Source: Pontiella sp. | GTDB lineage: Bacteria > Verrucomicrobiota > Kiritimatiellia > Kiritimatiellales > Pontiellaceae | Assembly: GCA_050290185.1 (NCBI GenBank) | Contig: JBNKHE010000006.1 | Location: forward strand, 96,001-160,000 | DNA: 64,000 nucleotides | Direction of reading: 5' to 3' | Shown: positions 29,850 through 40,415 of the stretch, piece after piece | How the letters are laid out: the number at the start of each line of letters is the position of its first letter | Position numbering within the stretch: position 1 is the first letter of the stretch | Translations under genes and position numbers: made by a program | The notes under the pieces: model-generated | Databases searched by the model: none | Seen by the model: the letters and a program-made list of their open reading frames with translations, nothing else | What the model was told of the DNA's origin: nothing

Positions 29850-31653
29850 TCTGCTCCGACACCGCCGTCTCAAGTGCCTGCTTCAACACGGAGAAATCCA
29901 CCGGCTTGGTCACGAAACCGTCCATGCCCACCGACAGGCAACATTCCTTGTCCTCGGGCATGACGCTCGCGGTCACCGCAATAATCGGCGTCCGTGGACA
30001 GCGGTGCTCCGACTCCAACTCGCGAATACGGCGGCAGGCACTGAAGCCGTCCATTTTCGGCATACTGCAATCCATGAGAACAACTTCGTGCCGATCCCGC
30101 TGCCAGGCTTCCACGGCCTCGAGACCATTGACCGCAACATCCACAACGCATCCCATTTTTTCGAGCAGTTTGACGGCTACCACCTGATTGATCTTATTGT
30201 CCTCGGCGACCAGAACCCGCAAGCCAGCCAGGCCAACACCCGCTCCGGAAGAAGCGTCGCCGTTTGACGGGACGGAAACCTCTGGTGAAGTGGACGGAAT
30301 GGCCTTCTGCGTCTGCTGCGCAAAAGGCAGGGAAAACCAAAAAATCGAGCCCACGCCATACGTACTTTCAACGCCCATGGTTCCCCCCATCAAATCCACG
30401 AGTCGGCGGCTGATGGTCAGGCCCAACCCGGTACCGCCATACTTGCGCGTAGTGGAGGACTCCGCCTGCGTGAAGGAATCGAACAGGCTTTGCTGCACCT
30501 CCTCGGGTATGCCGATGCCGGTATCGCGGACGGAAAAATGCAGAACCACTTCATCGTCGCGGGTGTCCATTAGGGCGATTTCCAGATCAACCCCGCCCCT
30601 CTCTGTAAACTTGATGGCATTGCCCAAAAGGTTCAGCAGCACCTGCCGTAACCGCGCGGGGTCTCCGACCAGCTTATCGGGAACATCTGCGGGCAGCGAG
30701 CAGTCCAGGACCAACCCTTTTTCATCGGCACTGGGCCTAAACAGTTCGACGCATCTTTTGACCGTATCGCGCAGATCGAAATCCGTTTTCTCAAGGCATA
30801 GCTTACCGGCCTCGATTTTGGAAAAGTCGAGAATGTCGTTGGTGATGGCCAGCAAACTGTCTGCGCTGAACTTGATGGTTTTAGCCAATTCGCGCTGCTC
30901 CGGCATGAGCGGCGTATCCAGCAACAGATTGATTATACCAAGGACGCCGTTCATCGGCGTACGGATTTCATGACTCATACTTGCGAAGAACTCGTTCTTG
31001 GCCTTGCAGGAGACGAGTGCAGCCTCGGCCATTTTCTGGGCATTCCGGGTCGCGGACTTCAGCATTTCACTGGCCCGGGCCAACTCCGCGTTGACCTTTT
31101 CCAACTCCACGGTGCGCTCGTGCACCTTTTGCTCCAGGTGCACCAACCGCTGTTTCGCCTCGTTGTATAGCCGCCATTTTTCGGTCATGGAAACCGCCAG
31201 TTGCAGCACTTCGATGGTGTCGAACGGCTTTTTCAAGATGACAAGCCGGTCCGAGTAGCCGAGCTTTTGCAGCATCTCCTCCCAGGAATAGTCGGAATAG
31301 GCAGTGCAGATGACAATCTGGAGGTCGGGATATTTCCGCCAGATATGCGCGGCGGTTTCAATGCCGTCCCAGCCGGGCGGCATGCGCACGTCCACAAAGG
31401 CCATCGCGTAGGGCCGGTTCTCCATCAGGCTTTTTTCAATCAGGCCGAACCCTTCCCGGCCCTGGAACGCGGAATCGATCTGGAATTCCGGCATCGCGGC
31501 TTGCGCGGGTTGCTCGCCGAACAGTTCGGTCTCCATCGCGTCCAGCCGGTCGTTCGTGTTTTTGCGCCCGAGGATTTTCCTGAAATCTTCGTGGATTGAC
31601 TTGTTGTCGTCGATCACAAGTATGCGGTGGTTCTGGTTTGGATCAAATTTCAT
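29830..31653 (-). CDS. Hybrid kinase REC-HisKA-HATPase-REC
   Basis: FVDVRMPPGWDG, MSHEIRTPMNG, NLLGNAIKFT, GGTGLGL, MDCSMPKMDG. Confidence 0.95.
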   Translation of the reverse strand: MKFDPNQNHRILVIDDNKSIHEDFRKILGRKNTNDRLDAMETELFGEQPAQAAMPEFQIDSAFQGREGFGLIEKSLMENRPYAMAFVDVRMPPGWDGIETAAHIWRKYPDLQIVICTAYSDYSWEEMLQKLGYSDRLVILKKPFDTIEVLQLAVSMTEKWRLYNEAKQRLVHLEQKVHERTVELEKVNAELARASEMLKSATRNAQKMAEAALVSCKAKNEFFASMSHEIRTPMNGVLGIINLLLDTPLMPEQRELAKTIKFSADSLLAITNDILDFSKIEAGKLCLEKTDFDLRDTVKRCVELFRPSADEKGLVLDCSLPADVPDKLVGDPARLRQVLLNLLGNAIKFTERGGVDLEIALMDTRDDEVVLHFSVRDTGIGIPEEVQQSLFDSFTQAESSTTRKYGGTGLGLTISRRLVDLMGGTMGVESTYGVGSIFWFSLPFAQQTQKAIPSTSPEVSVPSNGDASSGAGVGLAGLRVLVAEDNKINQVVAVKLLEKMGCVVDVAVNGLEAVEAWQRDRHEVVLMDCSMPKMDGFSACRRIRELESEHRCPRTPIIAVTASVMPEDKECCLSVGMDGFVTKPVDFSVLKQALETAVSEQIRRAPS

Positions 31654-34066
31654 CGTCGTTCGTCCTTTGGTGGTTCAAGGGCAGTTCGAGGGTAAAGGCC
31701 GCCCCCTTTCCGGGGCCTTCGCTGAATACAGCAAGCGAGCCGCCCAACTCCTTGGCAGTCAGTGCGCTACTGTGCAGGCCAAAGCCGTACCCGTCTTTAC
31801 GCGTGGTGAATCCGTGGCTGAAAATGCGGACGAGGTTTTCCGGGGCAATCCCCACCCCGTTGTCCTCGACGGAAATCAGCACCCGGCTTCCGGCCTTGGC
31901 GGTGCGAAGAATGATCCGCTTGTCGGGCCGGCCCGACTCGTTGCAGGCGTGCCTGGCATTGCGGATGAGGTTCCCTACGATTTGCAGCACCTTGTGCTTC
32001 TCAATCGAAATGGGCGGAATCAGCATATACTCGCGTCGCAGCTCGATCTCGCGGAGCTCCATCGAGCCGAGGCTCAAGCGGAGGGCGTCCTCGACCAAAT
32101 CGGCAACCGGAAGGATTTCAGTCACGCCCTGGGTCTTGGCAAAGCTTTGCTGCATGGCAAGCACCTCCTTGACATGCCGAAGGTTGCCCGCCAGCGTTTC
32201 CATCTCGCACAAGATTTCCTCCTGCTCCTCGGCCAGCCGACCCGCCAAACTCTCCAGATAGGCCGGCAATTGCCTGCCCCTGGAATCCTCGGAAAAGAAC
32301 CCGGGCAAATCGTTTCCGTGCGCGTCGAGCAGCTCCACCACCTTCGGCAGGCTGGAGATCTTCGATTCGCGGATTTTTTCGGCGATCATGACGCTGGAGA
32401 CATTAACGCTGTTGAGCACGTTGCCGATGTTGTGCAGAACGCTGGTGGCTACTTCCGCCTTGCCCGCTTCGCGCGAGGCCTCCAGCAGCTGGCGATGCAA
32501 CACCTTCAGTTTCTCCTCGGATTCCTTCATCGCGGTAATGTCCTTGGAAATACCGAAAGTGCCGATGATCCCTCCCGATTCGTTGCGAAGCGGCATTTTG
32601 CTGGTGAGCACCCAGGAGACACGACCGTCCGGCCAGGTTTCCTTTTCCACCTTGCCAATGAGCGCCTCGCCCGTACGGATGATTTCCTGCTCGTCCCGCA
32701 ACGCATCTTCGGCATGTTCCTCGGAAAAGAAATCGTGGTCGGTCTTCCCGATGACATCGTCTATGCCAAGGCTCTGGAAGCGTTCCGTCTGCGCCGCGCT
32801 GCAACGGACAAAACGCGACCGGAGATCCTTGAAGTATATGAGGTCGTCGGAATGGTCCATCAAGGAGCACAGCAGGTTGCGTTCCTTGCTCACCTCCTCC
32901 GCGCGCTTGCGCTCGGTGATGTCCCGCATGATTCCAAAGGCGTTCCATCGATCCTTCAACTTGAAGCCGGACACAGAGAGCTCGATCGGGATTTCCTCCC
33001 CGTCCTTTCTTCTCGCCACCAGTTCCAGCGTCTTGCCGATGGACGCGCCTTCGCCGGTGTTCCGAAAACGTTCGAACGCCTTCCGGTGGGCCTCCCGATA
33101 CCGATCCGGCAGCAACCGTTCGTGCATTTCCCGGCCAAGAACCTCGTCTTCCGGATACCCAAGCATGTCCGCCGCGGCCTGGTTCCAGAAGGATACTTTT
33201 CCCTCGTGATCCAGCATGATGATGGCGTCCCGCGCCGTAGCGGTCATCAGCCGGAATTTTTCCTCGCTTTCCAGCAACTCTACTTCGGTGCGCTTGCGCC
33301 CGGTGATGTCCTCAAAGATGCCCAATATGCCGGACACCTCCCCCCCCTCGTTGCAATACGGCACTTTGATGGTGTGGACCCAACGCCGCTCCCCGTCAAC
33401 AACGTATTCCTCCTCGATATTCTTCATCGTCCCACTGGTCATGACCATCTGGTCGTCGGCCCGGTAGCTTTCCGCCAAATCACGGGGGAAAAATGCGAAA
33501 TCGTCTTTTTCAACCACCTGCTCGGGCTCGATCCCCAGGTCGTGCGCGTAGTTTTCGTTGCAGGTCACGTACACGGAATCGAGATCCTTGATGAAGATGC
33601 GAAGGGGAAGATGTTTCACGAGGTTGCGGTTCAACTGTTCGCTGCGCCGCAGCTTCTCTTCCGCCCGCTGCACCTCTTTTGCGGTCTCGACCTGGCGTCG
33701 CATTTCCTCCAGCACAATGTTCAGGCCGTTTTCGATATATTTCAGGTCATCGGAGCTTTGGGTATTCAGCAGATTGATCTGATCGGGCAGAATTCCCGTG
33801 GCGACATTCGTGACATACTGCCGAAGCCGGATGATGTTTATGGGAAATTTCAGAAGAATCAAAAGCCCGGCAATGGACAGAAGCACTGTTGATATAAACA
33901 CAATTATTTGGTCGGTAGTCGCCAGTTCTGCAGGCTTAAGCCATATCATCGCACCGATGTACAACAGCGACAAGAGGGGAACCAACGATGTCAGCACCAC
34001 CGCGATGATGGATTGGTGCAACGCGCTCTGAGACGTAAATTTGATCGTAGAACGTTTTTTCATCAT
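31643..34066 (-). CDS. Membrane PAS sensor histidine kinase
   Basis: Two TMs, three PAS domains, H-box ATSVLHNIGNVLNS, DNGVGI, GYGFGLH. Confidence 0.94.
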   Translation of the reverse strand: MMKKRSTIKFTSQSALHQSIIAVVLTSLVPLLSLLYIGAMIWLKPAELATTDQIIVFISTVLLSIAGLLILLKFPINIIRLRQYVTNVATGILPDQINLLNTQSSDDLKYIENGLNIVLEEMRRQVETAKEVQRAEEKLRRSEQLNRNLVKHLPLRIFIKDLDSVYVTCNENYAHDLGIEPEQVVEKDDFAFFPRDLAESYRADDQMVMTSGTMKNIEEEYVVDGERRWVHTIKVPYCNEGGEVSGILGIFEDITGRKRTEVELLESEEKFRLMTATARDAIIMLDHEGKVSFWNQAAADMLGYPEDEVLGREMHERLLPDRYREAHRKAFERFRNTGEGASIGKTLELVARRKDGEEIPIELSVSGFKLKDRWNAFGIMRDITERKRAEEVSKERNLLCSLMDHSDDLIYFKDLRSRFVRCSAAQTERFQSLGIDDVIGKTDHDFFSEEHAEDALRDEQEIIRTGEALIGKVEKETWPDGRVSWVLTSKMPLRNESGGIIGTFGISKDITAMKESEEKLKVLHRQLLEASREAGKAEVATSVLHNIGNVLNSVNVSSVMIAEKIRESKISSLPKVVELLDAHGNDLPGFFSEDSRGRQLPAYLESLAGRLAEEQEEILCEMETLAGNLRHVKEVLAMQQSFAKTQGVTEILPVADLVEDALRLSLGSMELREIELRREYMLIPPISIEKHKVLQIVGNLIRNARHACNESGRPDKRIILRTAKAGSRVLISVEDNGVGIAPENLVRIFSHGFTTRKDGYGFGLHSSALTAKELGGSLAVFSEGPGKGAAFTLELPLNHQRTNDDEI

Positions 34067-34250
34067 AAGGATCGCTCCAAGATCCCCCTGCGAAGCCGGC
34101 TATCCGTTTCCCCGCAAAAGTCGCCGTCTTCTTTATGGGTCAGGAAATCATTTTTCATCCGACACAATCCGGTTGGAATCCCATAGGAGACCTGCTTGTC
34201 CAGCAACTCGGGCACATACCCGCTACGGTCTGTACGACCGACCATAAACA

Positions 34251-34266
34251 CGCAGAAATTATGCCA
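34251..34266 (-). promoter_or_regulatory. Putative sigma-54 (-24/-12) promoter
   Basis: Minus strand TGGCATAATTTCTGCG, GG-N10-GC, ~185 nt upstream of the kinase operon. Confidence 0.5.
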
Positions 34267-34634
34267 TGCATGACGTTATCTTTAGCAGTCTTCCGGGGCT
34301 GCAGCGCTTCGGGTACAAAACGAAATGAAGGGCCAGGTTGCCGACGCTCATCATCCGCTTCGGGGTCGGCACTTCCATGATCTGATACAACGGTATTGTC
34401 CGCATCCAGCGGGCTCCAAAGCTGCCAGGATGGCGGCTTCGCAGGCAACTCGCCGGCTACCGGAAAAGCTGGAACGGAGACTTAGTTCCGGTCATGAACC
34501 CTTTTTATACATTCATTGACGGATAAGCGGGTGCATTGCCCGTGTTTAATAGAAAACCCTTGGAACCGCAGGGCATAGTGCTATACGGTTCCTGCGCGAA
34601 GAAAAATGATTGATTTACAGGGAGAGTGAGAACC

Positions 34635-37283
34635 ATGAAAACCCCGTTTGCTACAGGATTGTTGTTGATTGGAGGCTTTATGCTTGGCCTCGCACCGATG
34701 CAGGGTTGCGCGATGCTGACGGACGCGTCCGAGGGCCGAGTCATCGAAGGGCTTGCTCAATGGGAATTTCTTCAGGACACCTCAAAGGAAGGTTCTGATA
34801 TCCGGCTTCCGATGTCGGGCGCCGACTGGACCACGCTGACTATTCCGCATTGCTTCCGTCTTTCCGGACTGCCGGAAAAATCCGCCGGCTTCTATCGCAC
34901 AACCCTGAATATCGCGGCGGAAGATTCCAACAAATGCTTCTACCTCTTCCTTGAAGGCTCAGGCGCGATTGCCGATGTCTTCGTGAACGGCAAACATGTA
35001 GGTCAGCACAAAGGGGCCTACACCGCCGCCGTATTCGACCTCTCGCCGGCCCTGAAGTTCGGCAGGAAAAACGAGATTGTGGTGCGCGTCACCAACCGCG
35101 ATCACGAAGCGGCCAACATCCTGTCGCAGTCCAACCTCTTCTACACCAATGGCGGCCTTTACCGCCCCGCATGGCTGATCAAGACCCTCGGCGTCCACAT
35201 CTTCCCCGACATGGGATCGACCGGCGTCTACCTCACGCCAAGGAATATTTCCACGAGCAGCGCCGATATCGAAATAACCACTCATGTGCGCAACGCCATG
35301 AAAAAATCAATTCAGGTCGTCGTGCGCAGTACGATTACCGATCCGGAGGGCGAGGAAGTCGGCCAGACCGAGGAAAAGGTCACCATTGCGTCCGGCACGA
35401 CCAAGGCCGTCACCACCCGGAAGAATATCGACCATCCCAAGCTGTGGGCCATCCACCAGCCCAATCTCTACACCGTCCGCACCGAGATCCTCGTGGGCGG
35501 CCAGGTGGCCGATGCCATCACCGAACGGACGGGCATCCGCACAATTGAAATGAAGAACGACGACTTCATCCTCAACGGCGAAAAAATCCTGTGCCGCGGG
35601 GTCTGCAAGCACCACATGGACGAACATGTCTGGAATGCCATGAACGAAGAGCAGCTGAAGTGGGAAATGGACGGCATGATCGATCTCGGCGTCAATACCA
35701 TCCGCCTCGCCCACTACCCCCACCGCCGGTTCGAATACAACATGGCCGATGAACACGGTGTGCTCGTCTGGGCGGAAAACGGACTCGCCGGTCAGAACTG
35801 GGACAAGGGCGACATGAAAAACCGGGAAACCGAACCCACGGAAGCCGGTGACTACATCACCACCGAAATGGTGAAGCAAAACTGGAACCATCCCTCGATC
35901 TGCTTCTGGAGCAGCGGCAACGAAACCCGCCAGGAGGTCGCCTCCCACTATGCCGACACCATCCGCGCGCTCGACCAGACCCGCCTCATCACCTATGCCT
36001 CGGCCGGCGAAAAGCCGGCCAACGTCGATTTCGTGGCGGGGAACACGTATGATGGCTGGTATGGCGGGAACTATACCGATTTCTCGAAGCTGCCGAGAAA
36101 TGAATATGTTTCGGAAACTGGTGCGGGCTCCTGGATTACCATGCATGTCCCCTACGGCACGGAAAAGTGGGACGTGAACAAGTATGAACCGGAGGAGTAT
36201 TGCGAGATGTTTGCGGAGTTCCGCTTTCAGGAAATCTTCCGCAACAACCCGGACGGACACAAATTCTTCCTGTGGTGGAACTATCGCGAGTTCTACGACC
36301 ACAAATTCAAAATGAACCGCAATACCAAGGGCATGCTGACCCTTGGCGGCATGCGCAAGGACTACTTCTACCTCTACCAGTCCTTCCTGCGCCCGGACTT
36401 CCCGGTCCTGCACCTCTGCGGACGCCACCACTTCTACCGCCAGTTCGATCCGGCCAACGGCATCAAGGCCTACTCGAACGCCGAATCCGTCGAGCTGTTC
36501 ATCAACGGCGAGTCGCAGGGCGTCATGAAGAACGGCGACTATGTCCTGCCTGGTACGGAAAAGAATCCCAATGCAGAAGAAAAGATCATCTCCGTAGGCG
36601 ATCTCGGCCAGACCGGCAATGACTCGGGCGAAAGAGTGCAGGTGGCAGGTATCGTTGTAAACAACGTCTTTTTCTGGAACACACCGCTGGCTCCGGGCAA
36701 AAACGTCATCAAAGTGCGCGATAATCGTGGGAACACTCAGTCCATGGTCATCTACCAGAAGGCCAACGAAATGCCGGTTCCCGCGGACAGCCTTGTGGTG
36801 GATCTGAAGAGCTCCAACGAAAACAATCCGGCAATCTTCATCGAGCGTCCGATCGAAGCCCAGGGACCGGTCTACTATGCAGTCGACGGCTCGTCCGACA
36901 ACACCTTCGATCTCCTGCCGAAGGACGTTGAAGGAGCATGCTGGATTACCACCAAGCGACTCAGCGATGCAAAGAACAAGACGGACCTGACCTTCAGGTT
37001 AACGAAGCCAGCCACTATCTACGTCATGTATTCCTCCGGTACCTTCCCGGCTATCACACTCGATGATCCGGATGAAGACATGATCAAGACCGCCGCCGTA
37101 TTGAAGGCCGATCTCGCCAGGAACGGATTTACCGACACCGGCAGTGCCGGGATCTGGCGCCGCCACAGCCTGTGGCTGGCGGACTTCGGGCTGATGAGCC
37201 GTACCGTCAAGGCCGGCGATGTCGTCACCATCCCCGGCCAGACGCTCGACTATGTCGTGCTGATCAAACCGGATATGTTCTGA
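34635..37283 (+). CDS. Glycoside hydrolase family 2 (exported, possibly lipoprotein)
   Basis: HKGAYT, GGLYR, NTIRLAHYPH, WNHPSICFWSSGNE (acid/base), YVSETG (nucleophile); signal ending in QGC. Confidence 0.92.
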   Translation: MKTPFATGLLLIGGFMLGLAPMQGCAMLTDASEGRVIEGLAQWEFLQDTSKEGSDIRLPMSGADWTTLTIPHCFRLSGLPEKSAGFYRTTLNIAAEDSNKCFYLFLEGSGAIADVFVNGKHVGQHKGAYTAAVFDLSPALKFGRKNEIVVRVTNRDHEAANILSQSNLFYTNGGLYRPAWLIKTLGVHIFPDMGSTGVYLTPRNISTSSADIEITTHVRNAMKKSIQVVVRSTITDPEGEEVGQTEEKVTIASGTTKAVTTRKNIDHPKLWAIHQPNLYTVRTEILVGGQVADAITERTGIRTIEMKNDDFILNGEKILCRGVCKHHMDEHVWNAMNEEQLKWEMDGMIDLGVNTIRLAHYPHRRFEYNMADEHGVLVWAENGLAGQNWDKGDMKNRETEPTEAGDYITTEMVKQNWNHPSICFWSSGNETRQEVASHYADTIRALDQTRLITYASAGEKPANVDFVAGNTYDGWYGGNYTDFSKLPRNEYVSETGAGSWITMHVPYGTEKWDVNKYEPEEYCEMFAEFRFQEIFRNNPDGHKFFLWWNYREFYDHKFKMNRNTKGMLTLGGMRKDYFYLYQSFLRPDFPVLHLCGRHHFYRQFDPANGIKAYSNAESVELFINGESQGVMKNGDYVLPGTEKNPNAEEKIISVGDLGQTGNDSGERVQVAGIVVNNVFFWNTPLAPGKNVIKVRDNRGNTQSMVIYQKANEMPVPADSLVVDLKSSNENNPAIFIERPIEAQGPVYYAVDGSSDNTFDLLPKDVEGACWITTKRLSDAKNKTDLTFRLTKPATIYVMYSSGTFPAITLDDPDEDMIKTAAVLKADLARNGFTDTGSAGIWRRHSLWLADFGLMSRTVKAGDVVTIPGQTLDYVVLIKPDMF

Positions 37284-37639
37284 TTGATATTACTGGATGG
37301 GGAAACTCGCCGGCACGCTTAAGATGCCGCGTCCCGTACATGAAAAAAAGATCCAGCCGAGGCCGCGATCTTTAAAGCGCATCGGTATGACCGATCTGGT
37401 GAACGTAAAATCCCAGCAGGAAAACGAGTCAAGATCTGCCAAGGCATGCAGATCGCAGTGAGGTATACTTGATATCCGCGAAGAAAGACGGGCCGAGGCC
37501 CTCCGAATCCATGGAAAAGCCCCGACATGCCTGACACATCTATGGATGGCTAAACACGCAGGCAAACGATACTTAGGAAAATTTAATACCCAATAGTTTT
37601 TGACTATGGCATAATATGTACGGCTTACTAGGGTATTCT

Positions 37640-38047
37640 ATGAATAACTATTCCCACATCCGGGTGCTGGTGATTGACGATGAACCGGCCATACGTGACA
37701 GCCTTGCGGCCTTTCTTGAAGATTATGGCTTTGACACCACTTCTTGCGCCAGTGCGGAGGAAGCACGTGAGCTGATGTTCGAGAACCCCTTCGATGTATG
37801 CGTGGTCGACCTGCGCCTGCCGGGACTCAGCGGGGAGGACCTGATCCATCTGGCCAGCAAACGGTTTCCGCACCAGCGGTATATCATTCATACCGGCTCC
37901 ATCTCCTATAATCTTCCGTCCCACCTCCGGGAACTGGGCATGCGCCCGGAAAATGTTTTCCACAAGCCGGTTAGGGTTTTAACCCTGCTGGTCAAGCGCA
38001 TCAAAGAGCTGGCCGAGAGCCGCGATACCCCACAGACAGCCATGTAG
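37640..38047 (+). CDS. Stand-alone response regulator receiver (paralog 1)
   Basis: VLVIDDE, VDLRLPGLSG, HTG, HKP. Confidence 0.9.
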   Translation: MNNYSHIRVLVIDDEPAIRDSLAAFLEDYGFDTTSCASAEEARELMFENPFDVCVVDLRLPGLSGEDLIHLASKRFPHQRYIIHTGSISYNLPSHLRELGMRPENVFHKPVRVLTLLVKRIKELAESRDTPQTAM

Positions 38048-38129
38048 ATTTCAGCTGAAAACTGCTACATTGAACTTGGGTTGTCGGATGTCTTGACTGT
38101 AGAATCCCCCGAAATAAAGGATTTATCAA

Positions 38130-38525
38130 ATGTCAGACTACTCTTCCATTCGTGTGCTGGTTATCGACGACGAACCAGCAATATGTGCAAGCCTCTCGGC
38201 CTTTCTCGAAGATTACGGATTCGATGCGTCCACCGCGGAAAGTGCTGAGGAAGCGCTTGATCTCATGAAGAACAATACCTACGACGTATGTATTGTCGAC
38301 ATGCGCCTGCCGGGGATGAGCGGTGAGGATCTGATCCTGCAGGCCAAAGAGCGGTATCCAAATCAGCGGCACATCATCTACACGGGATCCATCTCCTACA
38401 ACCTTTCCGACAAACTCAAGGAATTGGGCATGCGCCCGGAGCATGTGTTCCTGAAACCGATACGCGTACTTACTTTGCTGGTAAAATGTATCAAGGAGCT
38501 GACCGCCGATACTCAGCCAACATAG
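38130..38525 (+). CDS. Stand-alone response regulator receiver (paralog 2)
   Basis: VLVIDDE, VDMRLPGMSG, YTG, LKP. Confidence 0.9.
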   Translation: MSDYSSIRVLVIDDEPAICASLSAFLEDYGFDASTAESAEEALDLMKNNTYDVCIVDMRLPGMSGEDLILQAKERYPNQRHIIYTGSISYNLSDKLKELGMRPEHVFLKPIRVLTLLVKCIKELTADTQPT

Positions 38526-38595
38526 TCCCGTTGCAGTATTGATACAGGGGCTACATGCGGAAGCGGGGTACCGCAACAGGAAACAGGAAGCCGCC

Positions 38596-39402
38596 ATGTC
38601 ATCCACCGTTGCCATCATCATGCGTGCAAAAAATGAAATGCCGCATGTGCAACGTTCCCTTGAAATGCTTCAACAACAGTCCTTTCAGGACGCTGAGCTT
38701 CATGCCGTAGATTCCGGTTCGTCAGATGGAACCCTCGAAGCGCTGTGCAATGCCTGTCCAAATGACCGGCTTACGCAAATTGCGCCCGCAGACTACGTCC
38801 CCGGCCGGGTGCTCAATGATGCCATTGCCCGAACGGACCACGGAATCATTGTACTGCTTAATGCCGATGCCATTCCCCAATCCGGCGACTGGCTTGAAAA
38901 ACTGATTGATCCCATCATGGGCAACGAGGCCGACGCCACCTACTGCAAACAGGTCGCCCGTCCCGATGCAAAATTCATCGTGGCCTACGACTACGAACGT
39001 GCCTATAATCCCGCACAGATTGATTCCAGGTTCTTTTCTGCTGTGGCCTGCTCCTTCAAGCGGGAGCTTTGGGAAACACATCCTTTCCGCCAGCAAGGCT
39101 ATGCAGAAGACGCCGCCTGGGCGCGGACATGCATTGCAAACGGCGCACGCTTCAGGTTTGTGGAAAATTCCGTCGTCGAACATTCCCACAACTACACGCT
39201 CAAGGAGTTGCATCAAAAGCGCTACCGGCAGGCAGTTGCTCAAGGAACCAACTCAAACACAGCCAGACTCCTGCGCGAAATCGCACGCGATTTTCTATAT
39301 GCCGGCCTCAAGCTGAAACTCCACACGATTCCCTACAACATCGCCTACCGCATCACCATCCACTCCGCGACTCACCAGGGATGCAAGGAGCGTTGCGTAT
39401 GA
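38596..39402 (+). CDS. Glycosyltransferase family 2
   Basis: IIMRAKNE, VDSGSSDGT, LNADA, YAED, HSHNY. Confidence 0.9.
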   Translation: MSSTVAIIMRAKNEMPHVQRSLEMLQQQSFQDAELHAVDSGSSDGTLEALCNACPNDRLTQIAPADYVPGRVLNDAIARTDHGIIVLLNADAIPQSGDWLEKLIDPIMGNEADATYCKQVARPDAKFIVAYDYERAYNPAQIDSRFFSAVACSFKRELWETHPFRQQGYAEDAAWARTCIANGARFRFVENSVVEHSHNYTLKELHQKRYRQAVAQGTNSNTARLLREIARDFLYAGLKLKLHTIPYNIAYRITIHSATHQGCKERCV

Positions 39403-40415
39403 GCACATACACGATCAGGGGATCAGCCGGGCTTGATGAATGGATCGATGCGGATCTTGCGCGGATCGCAGAAGCGGCTTCGCCGCACAGTATCGCCGGC
39501 ATCCTGCTCGGCGGCTATGGACGCGGTGAGGGCACGCCGTTTATTCGCCCCGATGGTTCACAGTCGCCGTTTAACGACTATGATTTGGTCGTGGTGGTTG
39601 AACAGATCACTGCTGAAACACGGCAAATTTTCACAGAACTGGAAGGTTCGTTATCCGACCAAATCGGCTTGCCGGTGGACCTCTACCCCTATGAAAAACG
39701 TGCGTTATCCACCTGCGAATTTTCGCTGCTGAACTATGAGATGAAGTACGGCCACAAGGTGGTCTGGGGCGATGGACATGTTCTCGATGCCATGCCCGAT
39801 TACCCGCATGACGCAATTCCACTGTCTGAGGGTACGCGCCTGCTGCTTAATCGCGGGAAGCTGCTACTCGATATCAAACTGCGGCTCGGCCTGCCGGAAC
39901 CGTTGACCCATGAAGAAAGCATCCGCTTCCTCAAGTTTATCTACAAAGTCTGGCTGGCTCTCGGCGACTGCGCATTGCTGGCGGAACGTAAGTACGACAT
40001 TTCATACCGTGTGAAGCGTGAACACATTGTTTCCATCGGCAGCATTCCCCAACGTTCCCCGGTGATTGAAGAATACATTCATGGCATCGAGCTCAAAGAA
40101 TGGGGAGACTATCATGCCCGTTCGGCCGACACCGATATCCCCTTAGCCTTCCGGCGGGTGCGCGAAGCCTTTCTTGAATTCTTCACGTGGTATCGCAAAC
40201 ATTATTCTGCAAGGGAATGCTCTATCCCCAAGGCCATGCTGCTGAACCTGAAGTGGAACCGCTGGCCTTATCCTTCCCATCCCCGCCAGCGGCTCTACGA
40301 AGCCCTGCCGGAACTGCTGAAGGACCCGCCCGACAAGATCGCACTCGGACAAACCCTCGGTTGCAATCGCAATTTTGAAGACCGGTTTTATAAACTTCAG
40401 TCGAGGTTTTCCTGA
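39399..40415 (+). CDS. Protein with Pol-beta-type nucleotidyltransferase-like motif
   Basis: ILLGGYGRGEG...FNDYDLVVV...VDL, followed by a helical domain (RLLLNRG); ATGA overlap with the GT2 gene. Confidence 0.7.
   Translation: MSTYTIRGSAGLDEWIDADLARIAEAASPHSIAGILLGGYGRGEGTPFIRPDGSQSPFNDYDLVVVVEQITAETRQIFTELEGSLSDQIGLPVDLYPYEKRALSTCEFSLLNYEMKYGHKVVWGDGHVLDAMPDYPHDAIPLSEGTRLLLNRGKLLLDIKLRLGLPEPLTHEESIRFLKFIYKVWLALGDCALLAERKYDISYRVKREHIVSIGSIPQRSPVIEEYIHGIELKEWGDYHARSADTDIPLAFRRVREAFLEFFTWYRKHYSARECSIPKAMLLNLKWNRWPYPSHPRQRLYEALPELLKDPPDKIALGQTLGCNRNFEDRFYKLQSRFS

Noticed and set aside
31556..33892. 778-aa plus-strand ORF
   Set aside because: Antisense shadow of the clear histidine kinase gene; no recognisable motifs.
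34063..34251. 62-aa ORF overlapping the kinase start
   Set aside because: No motif or clear SD; lies in the probable 5' leader.
37284..37620. Intergenic stretch with small minus-strand ORFs
   Set aside because: No convincing coding signal or RNA structure that I can support.
39069..39398. N-terminal extensions in the ORF track (also 24097, 41406, 44324, 53785 and 62855)
   Set aside because: They overlap neighbouring genes or promoters; downstream ATGs with SD or translational coupling are better starts.
39399..40415. CBASS/CD-NTase or MNT-HEPN defence system
   Set aside because: Neighbours are a glycosyltransferase and an AlkP-family enzyme; no effector, Cap2/3 or HEPN toxin gene was recognised.
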